A stretch of DNA of 64,000 nt from the human T2T-CHM13v2.0 reference genome, Homo sapiens: the NCBI RefSeq assembly GCF_009914755.1, contig NC_060937.1; one strand, 5' to 3'. A program made the translations under genes and the position numbers. Shown in pieces: positions 41,051-56,633 of this stretch (within the stretch, counting starts at the first letter, position 1; each line of letters opens with the position of its first letter). Below the pieces are notes generated by a model. That model saw nothing but the letters and a program-made list of their open reading frames with translations, was not told the origin of the DNA and searched no databases.

Positions 41051-44000
41051 GCATTCCACTCACAGCTCCATTCCACTCCGTTACTTTCCACTTCAATACC
41101 CTGCTTTCCATTTCACACACCATTCAATTCCACTCCATTCCATTCGACTCCACGCCATTCCTTTGCACTCCACTTCTTTCCATTCCACTCAACTCCATTC
41201 CATTCCATTCTACGGCATTCCATTCCCTTCCACTCCACTCCATTTCATGCCAATCCACTGCATTACCTTAAATTCCACTCCATTCCAACCCATTCCACAC
41301 CACTCCATTGCACTCTATTTCATTCCAATCCACTCCACTCCATTGCATTCCACTACATTCCATTCACTCCATTCCATTCCACTCCATCCCATTCCATTCA
41401 ATTCCATTCCACTCCACTCCTCTCCATTCCATTCCATTCCATTCATGCATTTCATTCCATTCCACTCCAATCCACTCCACTCCAGTCCACTCCACTTCAC
41501 TCCACTCCACTACATTCCATTCCATTCCATTTTATTCCATTCATTTACGTACCACTACACTCCACTCCATTCCATTCCACAGCACTCCAGCCCATTGCAT
41601 TCTATTCCACTCCATTCCACTTCATTCCATTCCATTCCATTCCATTCCATTCCATTCCATTCCTCTCCATCCCATTCCATTCCACTCAACTCCATTCCAC
41701 TCCATTACATTCCAAACAATCCACTCCATTACATTTCACACACCATTCCATTCCCCTCCATTGCATTGCAATCCACGCCACTCCATTCCACTCCACTTCA
41801 TTCCATTCCACTCAACTCCATTCTATTCCTTTCCAAGGCATTCCATTCCATTACACTCCACTCCATTCCCTGTCCTTCCACTACATTCCGTTAAACTCTA
41901 CTGCATTCCATACCATTCCACACCACTCCATTCCACTCTATTCCATTCCAATGCACTGCACTCCATTCCATTCCTCACCATTCCATTCCATTCCATTCCA
42001 TTCCACTCCACTCCATTCCATTCCACTCAACTCCATTCCATTCCATTCTATTCCATTCCGTTAACTTCCATTCCACTCCAGTCCATTCCACTCAATTCCA
42101 CTCCACTCCTTTCCAATACATACCTTTCCACTTCACTGCATTCCACTCCATTCCTTTCAAATCCATTCCAGTCTTCTCCACTCGATTCCACTCTATTTCA
42201 CTCCCTTCTTTTCCACTCCATTCCATTCCACTCCATTGCAATCCACTCCATTCCATTCCACTCCATTTAATTTCATTCCATTACCCTCCACAATAATCCA
42301 GTCTATTCCATTCCACTCCACTCCACACCATTCTATTACACTCCATTCCAATCCATTCCATTCCACTCCATTCTGCTCCATTCCATTCCACTGCAATCCA
42401 TTCCATTCCACTCCATTCCACTGTATTCCACTCGACTCCTCTCCCCTGCACTCCACTCCATTCCATTCCATTCCACTCCACTCCACTCCATTCCATTCCA
42501 TTCCATTCCATGTCATGCCATTCCACTCCACTCCATTCCACTTTGCTTCATTCTACTCTATTCCATTCCAGTCCACTCCACTCCATTCCAATATATTCCA
42601 TTCCACTCCATTTCATTCCACTCCTCTTCATTCCATTTCATTCCACTCCACTCCTCTCCATTCCACTCCATTGCATTCCATTCCATTCCATTCTAATCCA
42701 TTCTATTGTATTCCATTCCGTTCCATTCAATTCCATTCTACACTAATCCACTCCACTCCACTGCACTCCATTCAATTCCATTGCATTCCATTCCATTCCA
42801 TTCCATTCCATTCTATTATATTCCACTCCAATCTATTCCATTCAACTCTTCTCTATTCCATTCCATTCTTTTCCACTCCTCTCCATTCCATTCCACTGCA
42901 CTCTATTCCATTGCATTCTATTCCCTTCCATTCCATTCCATTGCATTCCATTCCATTCCAATCCATTCCAAACCATTCCACTCCCCTCCACTCCATTCCA
43001 TTCCAGTCCACTCCATTCCATAGCATTCCATTCCTTTCCTTTCCATTCTATTGTATTCCATTTCATTCCACTCCACTACGCTACCCTCCTCTCCTTTCCG
43101 TTCCATTCCATTCCATTGCTTTCCATTCCACACCATTCCATTCCATTCAAAACCAGTGCACTCCATTTCGTTCCATTCCATTCCACTCCACTCCATTCCA
43201 TTCCACTCCACTCCATTCCATTCCATTCCACTCCGCTCCAATCCACTCCATTCCATTCCTCTCTATTCCATTCTATTCCTTTCGATTCCGCTCCTCTGCT
43301 CTCCACTCCACTCCATTCCTTTCCATTCCAATCCATTCATTTCCATCCCACTCCAATGCACTACTCTACACTCCATTCCATTCCATTCCATTCCATTCCA
43401 TTCCATTCCATTCCATTCCTCTCAAAACCATTCCACTCCTTTCCATTCCACTCCATTCCATTCCACTCATATCCAATCCATTCCATTCCATTCAATTCGA
43501 TTCCACTTCATTCCATTCCACTCCATTCCATTAGACTGAAATCCAATCCATTACTTTCCATTCCAATTCACTCCACTCCACTGCTCTCCACTCCATTTCA
43601 TTCCATTCCACTCCAGCACATTACACTTCCTTCTACGAAACTCCAATCCACTCCATTCCATTCCACTCCACTGGACTCCATTCTACTCCATACAATTCCA
43701 GTCCATTCCGTTCCACTCCACTGCATTCCATTCCACTCCATTCCACTCCATTCCACTCCACTGCAGTCTGCTCTTCTCCAGTCCACTCCACTCTATTCCA
43801 TTCCACTACCTTCCACTCCATTCCACACCATTCCACTACATTCCACTCCATTCTACTGCATTTCACTCCACTGCAATCCACTCCATTCCACTCCATTCTA
43901 CTTCATTCCACTCCATGCTTCTCCACTCCATTCCACTTCAATCCATTCCATTCCACTACACTCAATTCCACCCAATTCCTCTCCAATCCATTCTAATCCA

Positions 44001-44300
44001 TTCCTTTAATTTCCACTCAACCCCACAACACTCCATTCCACTCCATTCCATTCCATTCCATTGCATTCCACTCAATTCCATTCCACTCCATTCCATTCCA
44101 CTCCATTTCCTTCCATTCCTTTCCATTCCATTTCATTCCACTCCATCCCATTCCATTCCTCTGCACTGCAATCCATTCCACTCCATTCCGTTCCACTCCA
44201 TTTCCTTCCATTCCTTTCCATTCCATTTCATTCCACTCCATCCCATTCCATTCCTCTGCACTGCACTCCATTCCACTGCAATACATTCCATTCCATTCCC
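41050..44300 (+). repeat. CACTC/CATTC satellite domain
   Basis: Return to CACTC-containing pentamers with few CGA motifs. Confidence 0.8.
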
Positions 44301-47300
44301 CTCTACTCCATTCCATTGTATTACGTTCCATTCGATTCCATTCAAATCCATTCGAGTCCATTCCATTCCAGTCCCTTCCATTCGCTGGCATTCCATTCGA
44401 TTGCATTCCATTGGAGTCCATTCCATTCGAGTCAATTTCATTCGAGTCCATTCCATTCCAGTCCATTACTTTCCTTTCCATTCCATTCCATTCTATTCCA
44501 TTCCATTCTTTCCATTCCATTCCAGTCCATTCCATTCGATTCCATTCCATTCCATTCTATTCCATGCCATTCTTTCCATTCCATTCCATTAGAGTCCATT
44601 CCATTCAAGACCATTCGTTTCCTGTCCATTCCATTTGAGTCCCTTCGATTGTAATGTATTCCATTCCATTCCATTCCATTCCATTCAAGACCATTCCATT
44701 CCAGTCCATTCCATTTGAGTCCCTTCCATTCCAATGCATTCGATTCGATTCCATTCCATTTGATTCCATTCCTTTCAATTCCATTCCATTCAATTGTTAT
44801 CCATTCGAGTCCAATCCAAAGAAGTCCAATTCATTCTAGTGCATGATTCCATTCCTTTTGATTCCATTCCATTCGATTCCTTTCCTTTCAATTGCATTCC
44901 ATTCAACTCCATTCCAGTGGAATCCATTCCATTCGAGTCCATTCCATTCGGGTACATTCCATTCCAGTCCATTACATTTGATTCCATTCCATTCCATACT
45001 ATTCCATTGCATTCCATTCAAGTCCATACCCTTCGAGTCCATGCCATTCCAGTCCATTACATTCGAGTCCATTCCATTCCATTCCATTCCATTCCATTCC
45101 ATTCCATTCCATTGCATTTCGCTCCATTCCATTCGAGTCCTTTCCATTCAAGTCCATTGCATTTGAGTCCATTCCCTTCCCTTCCATTCCATTCCATGTG
45201 ATTCCATTCCATTCCCGTCCATTCCATTCGAATCAGTAAATTTCAATTCCATTCCATTCCTTTCTTTTCCATTCCATTTCTTTCCATTCGAGTCTTTTTC
45301 ATTCCTTTCCTTTGCATTCGAGACAGTTCCATTCTGATCCATTCAATTAGAGTCCATTCCATTCGATTCCATTCCATTACATTCCATTCTATTCGACTGC
45401 ATTCCATTCGAGTCCATTCCATTCCATTCCATTGCATTCTATTCCATTCCATATGATTCCACTCAATTCCAGTCCATTCCATTTGAATCCTTTCCAGTCC
45501 ATTGCATTCCATTCTATTCCATTCCATTTCATTCCCTTCCATTCGAATCCATTCCATTCCATACCATTCCATTCCATCTCATTTTGTTTGATTCCATTCC
45601 TTGCCAGTCCAATCCTTTCGAATCAATTGCATTCCGTTTCATTAGATTCTATTCCGTTCGATTTCACTCCATGCAATTACATTCCAGGCCATTCCTTTCG
45701 ATTCGATTCCATTCCATTCCATTCCTTTCCATTCCATTTCATTCCATTCCATTCCATTTTATTCCACTCCTATCCACTCCATTCAATTCCATTCGAGACA
45801 ATTCCATTCAAATCCATTCAATTGAAGTCCATTCCATTCTATTCCATTCCAGCTGATTCCTTATCATTTGATTACATTCCATTCGAGTCAACTCCATTTG
45901 ATTCTATTTCTTTCGATTCCATTCCTGTCTATTCCAATCCATTTGGGTCTACTTTAATCAAGACGATTCCAGTCAAGTCCATTCCTTTCGAGTCCATTCC
46001 ATTCAAGTCCAATATATTCCATTCCATTCAATTTCCTTTCATTAGAGTGCTTTCGATTTTTTTTGTTTCTTTGGATTCAAATCCATTAGAATCCATTCCA
46101 TTTGATTCCGTTCCGTTCGACTCCATTCCATTCTAATCCATTCCATTCCAGTTCAGTAGATTCGAGTACATTCCATTCCATTGCAGTCCATTCCATTCCA
46201 TTCCATTCAATTCTTTTCCATTCCATTCGATTCTATTCCATTCCTTTCCATTCCACTCCATTCCATTCACTTCCATTCCATTCGATACCATTCCTTTCCG
46301 ATCCATTCAATCGTAGTTCTTTCCGTTCGATTGTATTCCATTTGATTCCATTCCATTTGATTACCTTCCTTTCGAGTCCATTCCTTTTGATTCCATTCCA
46401 TTCGATTCCATTCCGGTCGAGTCCGTTCCATACAGTCAATTACATTCGAGTCCATTCTATTCCCTTCAATTCCATTCCATTCCATTCGATTCCATTCCAT
46501 TCGAATCCATTCCTTTGAATTCCAATCCATTCGTCTCCACTTTATTCCAGAGGGTTCCATTCCAGTCTATTCCTTTCGAGTCCATTCCATTGCAGTCCAG
46601 TCCTTTCCATTCCATTCGATTCCCATCCATTTGATTCCATTCCATTCATTTCCATTCCTTGTAATTCCATTCCATTGGATTCCATTCCTTTCGATTCCTT
46701 TCCATTCGACTCCATTCCTTTCGAGGCCATTCCATTCAGTCCATTTCATTCGAGTACATTCCATTCCATTCCAGTCAATTCAGTTGTGTCAATTTCATTC
46801 CATACCACTCCAATCTTTTCCGTTCCATTCAATTCCATTTGATATCATTCCATTTGATTCCATTCCATTCGAGACCGTTCCATTCCAGTTCAGTCCATTC
46901 ATGTCCATTCCATCAGATTCCATTCCATTGCAATCCATTCCATTCGAGTTTATTCCATTTGAGTTAATTCCATTCCCGTTCATTGCGTTCCAGTCCATTC
47001 CATGTGATTCCATTCCATTTGATTCTATTCCATTCCATTCCATTCCAATCCATTCCATTCCATTTGACTCCATTCGATTCCGTTCTATAACATTCCATTC
47101 CATTTCATTCCATTCCATTCGAGTTCATTCCATTGGAGTCCATTCCATTCTAGTTCATTCAATTCCACACCATTCCATTCGGTTCCCTTCTATTTGATTC
47201 CATTCCATTCCATTCCATTCAATTCCGTTAGATTCCATTCAGTTTCATTCGATTCCACTCCATTCTATTCCGTTCCATTCCACTTGAGACGATTCCATTC

Positions 47301-50300
47301 CATTCCATTCCATTCGAGTCCATTCCATTCGATTCCATTCCATTCGCTTCCATTCATTTCCAGTCCATTCCATTATATTCCATTCCATTCCATTCCATTC
47401 AAATCCATTCTATTCAATTCCTTTCCATTTCATTCGATTCTTTTCCATTTAATTCGATTCCATTAGATTCCATTACATGCCATTCTATTCCAATTGATTT
47501 CCGGGCATTCCATTCAATTCCATTCCATTTCTTTCCTTTCCATTCCATTGGAATCCATTGCGATCAATTCCATTCCATTCCACTCCATTCTATTCCATTC
47601 GAGTCAATTCCATTCCTTTCCATTGTATTATGTTCCATTCCATTCCCTTTGAGTCCATTCGATTCGAGTCCATTCAACTCCATTCCATTCCATTCTATTC
47701 TTTTCCATTATAATCTATTCCATTCCATTCCATTCCATTCCATTCGATTTGATTCCATTCCATTCGCATCAATTGCATTCAATTTCATTCCATTCGTGTG
47801 CATTCCATTCGAGTACATTACATTCCAGTCTGTTCCAATGCATTGCATTCCATTCCATTCCACTGGATTTCATTCCATTCGATTAAATTGCATTCGATTC
47901 CTTTGCACTCGAGTGCATTCCATTCGAGTCCATTCCATTGCAGTCCATTACATTGTATTCCATTCCATTCCATTCCATTTTATTCCATTCTAGTCTTTCC
48001 ATTGCATTGAATTCCATTCCCTTTCATCCCATTACATTACACTGGACAGCATTCGAGTCGGACACATTCAATTTGACTCCATTTCATTCGATTCCATTCC
48101 ATTAGAGTCCATTCCATTCCATTCCATTCCATACAGTTCCACTCAATTCCAGTCCATTCTTTTCGAATCCTTTCCAGTCCACTTCATTCCATCCCATTCC
48201 ATTCAATTTCATTCCATTTTATTCGATTCCATTCCATGCCATTCCATTCCATTCGAATCGATTCCATTCCTTTCCATTCCATTCAATTCCATTTCATTCC
48301 ATTCCATTCCATTCGAATCCTTTGAATTCCATTCTATTCCATTCAGTTTGTTTTCAATCAGTTCCTTTCCATTCCATTTCATTCCATTCCATTCCATTGC
48401 ATTTTATTTGATTCGATTCCATTTGATTGCTTTCTGTTTGAGTACATTCCATGGGAGTCCATTCCATTCACTTCCATTCTATTCTAATCGATTACATTCC
48501 ATTCGATTCCATTCCATTCCATTCCATTGCTTTCCATTAGAGACAATTACATTCCAGTCCATTTCATTCGAGCCCATCGCATTCCACTCCATTCCATTTG
48601 ATTCCATTCCATTGGATTCCAATCCATTCTATTCCATTCCATTCCATTCTATTTCATTCCTTTGGATTCCATTCCAATGGAGCCCACTACATTCAAGTCC
48701 TTTCCAATCCATTCTATTCCTTCCCATTCCATTCCATTTCATTCTATTCGGTTATATTACATTACATTGAAAGCCATTCCATTCAAATACATTCCATTAC
48801 AATCAACTACATTCCACTCCATTACATTCAAGTCCATTCCTTTCCATTCCATTCCAATCCATTTTATTCCATTCGAGTCCGTTCCATTCAAGTCCATTGC
48901 ATTCCAGCCCATAATATTCGAGTCCTTTCCATTCCATTACACTCCACTCCATTTGAGTCCATTCCATTCGAGTACATTCCATTTGAATCAATTCCATTCC
49001 ATTCCATTAGATTCTATTTCATTTGATTCCATTCCCTTTGATTCCATTCCTTGTCATTCCATTCCATTCAATTCGTTTCCATTCCATCCCACTCCATTCC
49101 TTTCCTTTCCATTCGATTCCATTTCATTCCATTGCCTTTAATACTATTCCATTTCATTCCATTCAATTCCATTCCTTTCAAGACCGTTCCATTCCAATCC
49201 ATTCCATTAGAGTCCATTCCATTGGATTCCATTCCATTTGATTCCATTCCTTTTGTTTCCATTCCATTCGATTCCATTCCATTCCAGTCCATTACTTTCC
49301 AGTCTATTCCATTCCAGTCCATTTAATTCCATTTGATTCCATTTGATTGCATTTCGTTCCATTACTTTCAATTCCATTCGATTCCATTCCATTCCAGTCC
49401 ATTTCCAGTCTATTCCATTCCAGTCCATTTAATTCCATTTGATTCCATTTGATTGCATTTCGTTCCATTCCTTTCAATTCCATTCCTTTCGAGGCCATTC
49501 CATTCCAATTTATTGAATTCGATTCCATTCCATTCGATACCATTCCTTTTGATTCCATTGCATGCAAGTGCATTCCATTCCATTCCACTCCATTCCATTG
49601 TGTTCAATTCCATTCCATGCAATTGCATTCCATACAATTCTATTCCATTCCATTCCATTCCATTCCATTCCGTTCCATTCCATTCCATTTTAGTACATTC
49701 TTTTCCATTCCTTTCCATTGCATTCAAGGCCATGCCATTCCATTCCATTCCATTCCATTCCATTCCATTCCATTCCACTCCATTCCATTCCTTTCAATTC
49801 CATTCTATTTCATTCCTTTTGGTTCAATTCGAATCCATTGCATTCCTTTCTGTGCCATGCCATTCCTTTCGTTTCCATTCCATTCCATTCCTTTACATTA
49901 CATTATATTCGATTCCATTGCATTTGATTCCATCTCGTGCCATTCCATTACATTCGATTCCACTACTTTCCATTCCATTGCAGTCCGTTTCATTCCATTC
50001 CATTCGAGTACATTCCATTCCATTCCATTCCATTCCATGCCATGACATTCCATTCACTTCCATTCCATTTCATTCCATTCCGTTCCATTTGAATCCATTC
50101 CATTCCATTCCATTCCATTCAAATCGTTTCCATTCCTTTCCATTCCATTCTGTTCTATTCCATTCCCTTTGAGTCCATTCCATTTGAGTCCATTCCGTCA
50201 CATTCCATTCCATTCCATTCTATTCCATTCCATTCCATTCCATTTGATTCAATTCAATTCGATATCATTCCACTCGATTCCAATCCATTGAATTCCGTTC

Positions 50301-52428
50301 CATTCGAGTACATTCCTTTCGAGTCCGTTACATTCCACTCCATACCAATCCATTCAATTCCTTTCCATTCCATTCCATTCCATTCCATTGAATTTCTTTC
50401 AGTTCAATTAAATTCCATTTGATTCCATTGCAGTCGCTTCTATTCCATTTGACTCCATTCCAATTCAGTCGATTATGTTCGAGTCGATTGCATACAATTC
50501 CATTCAATTCCATTCCGTTTCATTACATTCGAGTCTTTCCATTCCATTCGAGACAATTCTTTCGGATCCATTCAATTCGAGTCCATTCCAATCGATTCCA
50601 TTCCGTTTTATTCCATTCCATTCCAGTCCACTCCATTTTACTCCATTCCATTCCATACAATTCCACGCAATTCTAGTCCATTACATTTGATTCCTTTCAA
50701 GTCCATTCCATTCCATTCCATTACACTACATTCCTTTCCACTCCATTCCAATTTTTTGATTCCATTCCATTCCAGTCCATTCCATTCAAATAAATTCTAT
50801 TCCATTCCATTAGATTTTATGATAATCAATTCCATTTTTTTCGATTCCATTCCATGCCATTCCATTCCACTCCATTCCAATACATTCCATTCAATTCCCT
50901 TCCATTTCATTCCATTACGTTCCATTCGAATCCATTCCATTCCCTTCCATTCCATTTGATTCCATTATATTCCATTCCTTTCCATTCGATTCCTTTCCAT
51001 TGATTTCCATTCCATTTCGTTGCGTTCCATTCCATTAGAGTCCATTCCTTTTCATTCCATTCCACACCACTCCAATCAATTGCATTCGTGTGCATTCCAT
51101 TCCATTCCATTCTATTCCATTCTATTCTGTTCCCTTTGAGTCCATTCCATTAGAGTCCATTCCATTATATTCCCTTATTTTCCATTCAATTCCATTCCAT
51201 TCCGTTCCATTCCATTCGCTTCCATTCCATTTGATTCCCTTCCGTTCAATTCCATTCAATTCGATTCCATTCCTTTTGAGTCTATTCCATTCCAGTCCAT
51301 TGCATTCCATTCCAATCCATTCCATTCCCTTCCATTCAATACCGTTCCATAACAATCCATTCAATTCAAGTCCCTTCCATTCTATTCCATTCCATTTGAT
51401 TCCATTCCATTCGAATACATTCCTTCGAGCCCATTCCATTTGATTCCATTCCATTCGAGTCTATTCCATTCAGTCCATTTCATTCCAGTCCATTCTATTA
51501 CATTCCAGTCCATTCCATTCCATTCGATTCCATTCCATTCAATTCCATACCTTTCAGTTCCAATCCATTCAGGTCCATTTCATTCGGAACGGTTCCATTC
51601 CAGTCCATTCCTTTCGAGTCCATGCCATTCCAGTCCACTCCTTTCCATTCCATTTTATTCCCTTCCATTCGAGTCCATTCCATTCCTTTCCAATCCTTGT
51701 GATTGCATTCCATTGGATTCCATTCCATTCGATTCCATTCCGTTAGACACAATTCGAATCAACTCCATTCCATTCCAGTTCATTACTTTCATGTACATTC
51801 CATTCCATTCTAGTCAATTCGATTGACTCCATTTCATTCCATTCCTTTTCATTCTATTGCTTTCCATTCTTTTCATATTCTTTCCATTGCAATTGATTCC
51901 ATTCCATCCGATTCCATTCCATTGGAGACCGTTCTATTTCAGTTCATTCCATTTGGGTCGTATCGATTCTATTCCATTCCACTAGATTCCATTCCATTCG
52001 ATTCCATTCCATTCAATTCCATTAAATTTTATTCCATTCCATTCAGTTGCATTCCATTCGAGTCCATTCCATTGGAGACCATTGCATTCGAGTCCATTCC
52101 ATTCCAGACCACTCATATCCATTCGATGCGAATCCATTCCATTTGAATCCGTTCCATAGGAGTCCATTCCTTTCCAGTTGAATCTGTTACAGTCCATTCC
52201 ATTCGGTTCTATTCCATTCCATTCCATTCCATTCCGTTCCTTTCCAATCCATTCCATTCCATTCGACTGCATTATATTTCATTCCATACCCTTCCATTCC
52301 ATTCGATTCCATTCTATTGAATTCCATTCCATTCATGTTCTTTCCCTTGTAGTCCATTCCATTCCACTCAATTCCATTCCATCCCATTCCATGTGAATAA
52401 ATTCCCTTCCATTCCATTCCATTCCAGT

Positions 52429-53415
52429 CCATTCCATTCCATTCGACTATACTCTACTCCACTCCAGTCCCTTCCCCTCCATTCCATTCCATTCCATTCC
52501 ATTCCTTTCCACTCCTTTCCATTCTATAACATTCCATTCCATTCCATTCCATTCCTTTGCATTCCACTCCACTGCATTCCATTCCATTCGAATCCCATCC
52601 AGTCCATTCCTTTCCATTCCACTCCATTCCACTCCAATCCAATCCATTCCATACCGTTCCTTTCCATTCCTCTGCAATGCACTCCAATCCAATCCATTCC
52701 ATACCGTTCCATTCCATTCCACTCCATTCCACTCCATTCCATTCCTTTCCATTCCATTCCATTCCATTGTATTCCATTCCATTGCATTGGAGACCTTTCC
52801 ATTCCAATTCGTTCCTTTCGTTTCCATTTGATTCAATTCCATTCCTTTAGCTTCCATTCCATTAGTTTCTATTCCATTTGAAGGCATTTCATTCGAGTCC
52901 ATTACATTCGAGTCGATTCTTTTCCATTACAGTCCATTTGATTCGATTCCTTTTCATTTTATTCGAATCCAATCCATTCAATTCCATTCTATTAAATTCC
53001 ATTCCATTATAGATGGTTCCATTCTAGTATAATCCTTTCGTGTCCATTCTATTCCCCTTTATTCGATTCAATTCCATTCGATTCCATTCCTTTCGATTGC
53101 GTTCCATTCGAGTCCATTCCATTGGAGACCATTCCATTCGAGTCCATTCCATTGCACACCATTCCATTCCATTCCATTCGAGAAATGTCCATTCAAGTTC
53201 ATGCCATTCGTGTCCATTCAATTCGATTCCATTCCATTAGAATCTATTCCACTAGATATCCTTACTTTCGATTCCATTCCATTTGAGTGAATTCCATTTC
53301 AGTCCATTAAATTCGAGTCCATTCTATTCCATTCCAGAGCATTCGATTCCATTCGATTTAATTCCATTCGAATCCGTTCTTTCAAGTCCATTCAATTCGA
53401 TTCCATTCCATTCGA
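52429..53415 (+). repeat. ~1-kb segmental copy 2 (paralog at 39967-40963)
   Basis: Same markers at offsets of 12462 and then 12452. Confidence 0.92.
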
Positions 53416-56400
53416 TTGCATTCCATTCGAGTACATTCCATTCGAGTCCCTTCCTTTCGAGTCCATTCGATTACTGTCCATTCCATTCCACTCCTTTCCT
53501 GTCCATTGCATTCCATTCTATTCGATTGTATTCCATTCGAGTCAATTCCATCCAAGTCCATTCCTTTCTAATCATTTAAATTCGAGTACATTCCAATCCT
53601 TTCCATTCCATTTTGTTCCATTCCATTGGAGTCCATTCCATTCTAGTCTATTGCATTACAATCCATTACAATCGAGTCCATCCCATTCTTTACCATTCCA
53701 TTACATTACGTTACATTCGAGTCCATTCCATTCGAGTCCATTCTTTTGAGTCCATTTCATTGCAGTCCATTCCATTAGATTCCACCCCATTCGATTCCAT
53801 TCTAATCGACTGCATTCCATTCGAGTCCATTTTGTTTAATTCCATTCCATTTGAGTGCATTCCATACAAATCCTTTTCATTCAAGTCCATTTCATTCAAG
53901 TACATTCCATTCCAGTCCTTTATATTCGAGTATATTCCATTCCATTCGATTCCATTCCATTCCATTTTGTTCTATTCTATTTGATTGCATTCCATTTGAC
54001 TCCATTCCATGTGAGTCCATTTGATTCCAGTCCTTTCCGTTCCAGTCCTTTACATTCGAGTCCATTCCATTCCATTCCACTCCGTTTGATTCCATTCCAT
54101 TTGATTGCATTTCGTTCCCTTCGAATCCATTCCATTCGATTCCATTCCATTCGATAGCATTCCTTTCAAGTCCATTCCATTGGAGTCCATTCCATTCGAG
54201 TCCATTCCATTTCAGTCCATTCCATTCGATTCAATTCCATTCCATTCCATTCTATTCCATTCCATTCCGTGCGAAACCGATCCCTTCCAGCCCATTTCAT
54301 TCGATTCCTTTCCATTAGATTCCATTCCATTCGATTGCGTTCCATTCGAGTCCATTCCTTTCGAGTCAATTCCATTCGAATCCATTCCATTCGAGTCCAT
54401 AGCATTCCATTCCATTACATTAGAGTCCATTACCTTCCATTCCATTTTATTCTGTTCCTTTTCATTTCATTGCATTTGATTCCATTCCATTCGGGTCCAT
54501 TCCATTCAAGCCCTTTCCTTTCCATTCCATTCCATTTGAGTCCATTCCACACCATTCCATTCCACTCCAGTCCACTCTATTCGGTCCCATTCTAATTGAT
54601 TCCATTAAATTCGATTCAGTTCCATTCCATTCCATTCTATTCCAGTCCTTTCTATTGCATTTCATTCCATTCCATTCCATTCCATTCCATTTTATTCAAT
54701 TCCATTCAATTCATTTAAATTCTATTCGATTCCATTCCATTCAATTTGATTCCATTGCATTCCACTCCATTCCATTCCATTGCGTTCCTTTCCATTTCAT
54801 TTAATTGCATTCAATTCCATTCCATTCCATTCCTTTCCATTCCATTCCATTCCATTCCATTCCTCTGCCTTCAATTCCATTCCGTTCGACTCCAGTCCTT
54901 TGGAGTCCGTTCCATTCCGTTCCATTCCATTGCTTTCAATTACATTTCATTTGACTCCAGTCCTTTGGAGTCCATTCCATTCCATTCCATTCCACTCCAC
55001 TATACTCCATTCCATCCAACTCCACTTCCTTCCATTCCACTCCTTTGCAATCCATTAACTCCATTCCATTCTATTCCATTCCTTTCCATTCCATTGCATT
55101 ACATTCCACTCCACTCCATTATACTCCATTCCGTTCAATTCCATTCCTTCCCCTTCCATTCCATTTGAGTCCATTCAACTCCACTCCCGTCTTCTACATT
55201 CAATTCCATTCCATCCCATTCCATTCCAGTCCATTCCACTCCACTCCACTTCACCGCAATCCATTCGATTCCATTCCGTGCCATTCGACTCCTTTCAATT
55301 TGATTCCATTCCATTTGATTCCATTCCATTCGATTTCATTCCATTTAATTTGATTCCACTCCATATGATTCCATTCCATTTGATCCATTTTCATTTGATT
55401 TCATTCCATTCTATTCTGTTACATTCAATTCTGTTACATTCCATTCCATTCCTTTGGATTCCATTCCCTTCCATTCCATTCCATTCCTTTCCAGTCCATT
55501 CCTTTCCAGTGCATTCCAATCAATTCCATTCAATTTGTTTCCATTCCATTAGATTCCATTCCTTTCAAGTCCATTCCATTCGAGTCCATTCAATTCCAGT
55601 CCATTCCATTCGAGTTCATTCCATTTGATTCCATTCCTTTCCATTCCATTAAATTACATTCTATTGTATTTGATTCCAATCCATTCGAGTCAATTCTGTT
55701 CGTCTATTCCATTCGATTCCATTCTATTCAATTCCATTCCATTTGATTCCATTACATTCAATTCCATTCCATTCTATTGCATTCCATTTGAGTTCATTCC
55801 ATTCCAATCCATTCCATTTGGGTCCACTCAATTCCGGTCCATTACATTTGATTCCATTCCATTTCATTCCATTCTATTCCATTCCATTCCATTCTGTCCG
55901 ATTCCATTGCATTAGATTCCATTCCATTAGATTCTTTTCCTTTCATCTACATTCCACTCAATTACATTCCATTTGATTCCATTCCATTCCGTTCCATACC
56001 ATTCCATTCCATACCATTCCTTTCCATTCGTTTGCATTCCTTTCTATTCCATTCCATTCGATTCTATTGCCATCGATTCCATTCCTTTTGATTCCTTTCC
56101 TTTTTAGTCCTTTCTATGTGAGTCCATTCCTTTCGAGTCCATTCTATTCCAGTGCATTCCATTCGAGTCCATTCCATTCCATTCCATTCCATTAGATTCC
56201 ATTCCATTCAAGACTTCCACTCGATTCCATTCCTTTTGATTCCATTCCATTTCATTCCATTCCATTGCATTCCATTCCATTGCATTCCATTTGAATCCTT
56301 TCCATTCAAGTCGTTTCCATACCATTCTGTTCCATTACAATGGATTCCTTTCATTTCGAGTCCATTCCATTCGACTCCACTCCATATGAATCCATTCAAT

Positions 56401-56618
56401 TCCAGCCCATTCCATTTGATTCCATTCCATTCAATTCCATTCCATTCAAATGCATTCCATTCGAGTCCATCCCATTTGAATCCATTCCATTCATGTTCAT
56501 TCTATTCGAATCCATTCCATTCGTGTTCATTCCACTCCATTCCATTCCATTCCATTCCACTAGATTCCATTCCAGTTGTTTCAATTCCATTCGAGTCTAT
56601 TCCTTTCTATTCCATTCC

Positions 56619-56633
56619 ATTCGAGAATGTTCC
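56619..56633. promoter_or_regulatory. Perfect 3-unit heat shock element match (motif only)
   Basis: aTTCgaGAAtgTTCc; function not shown. Confidence 0.3.
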
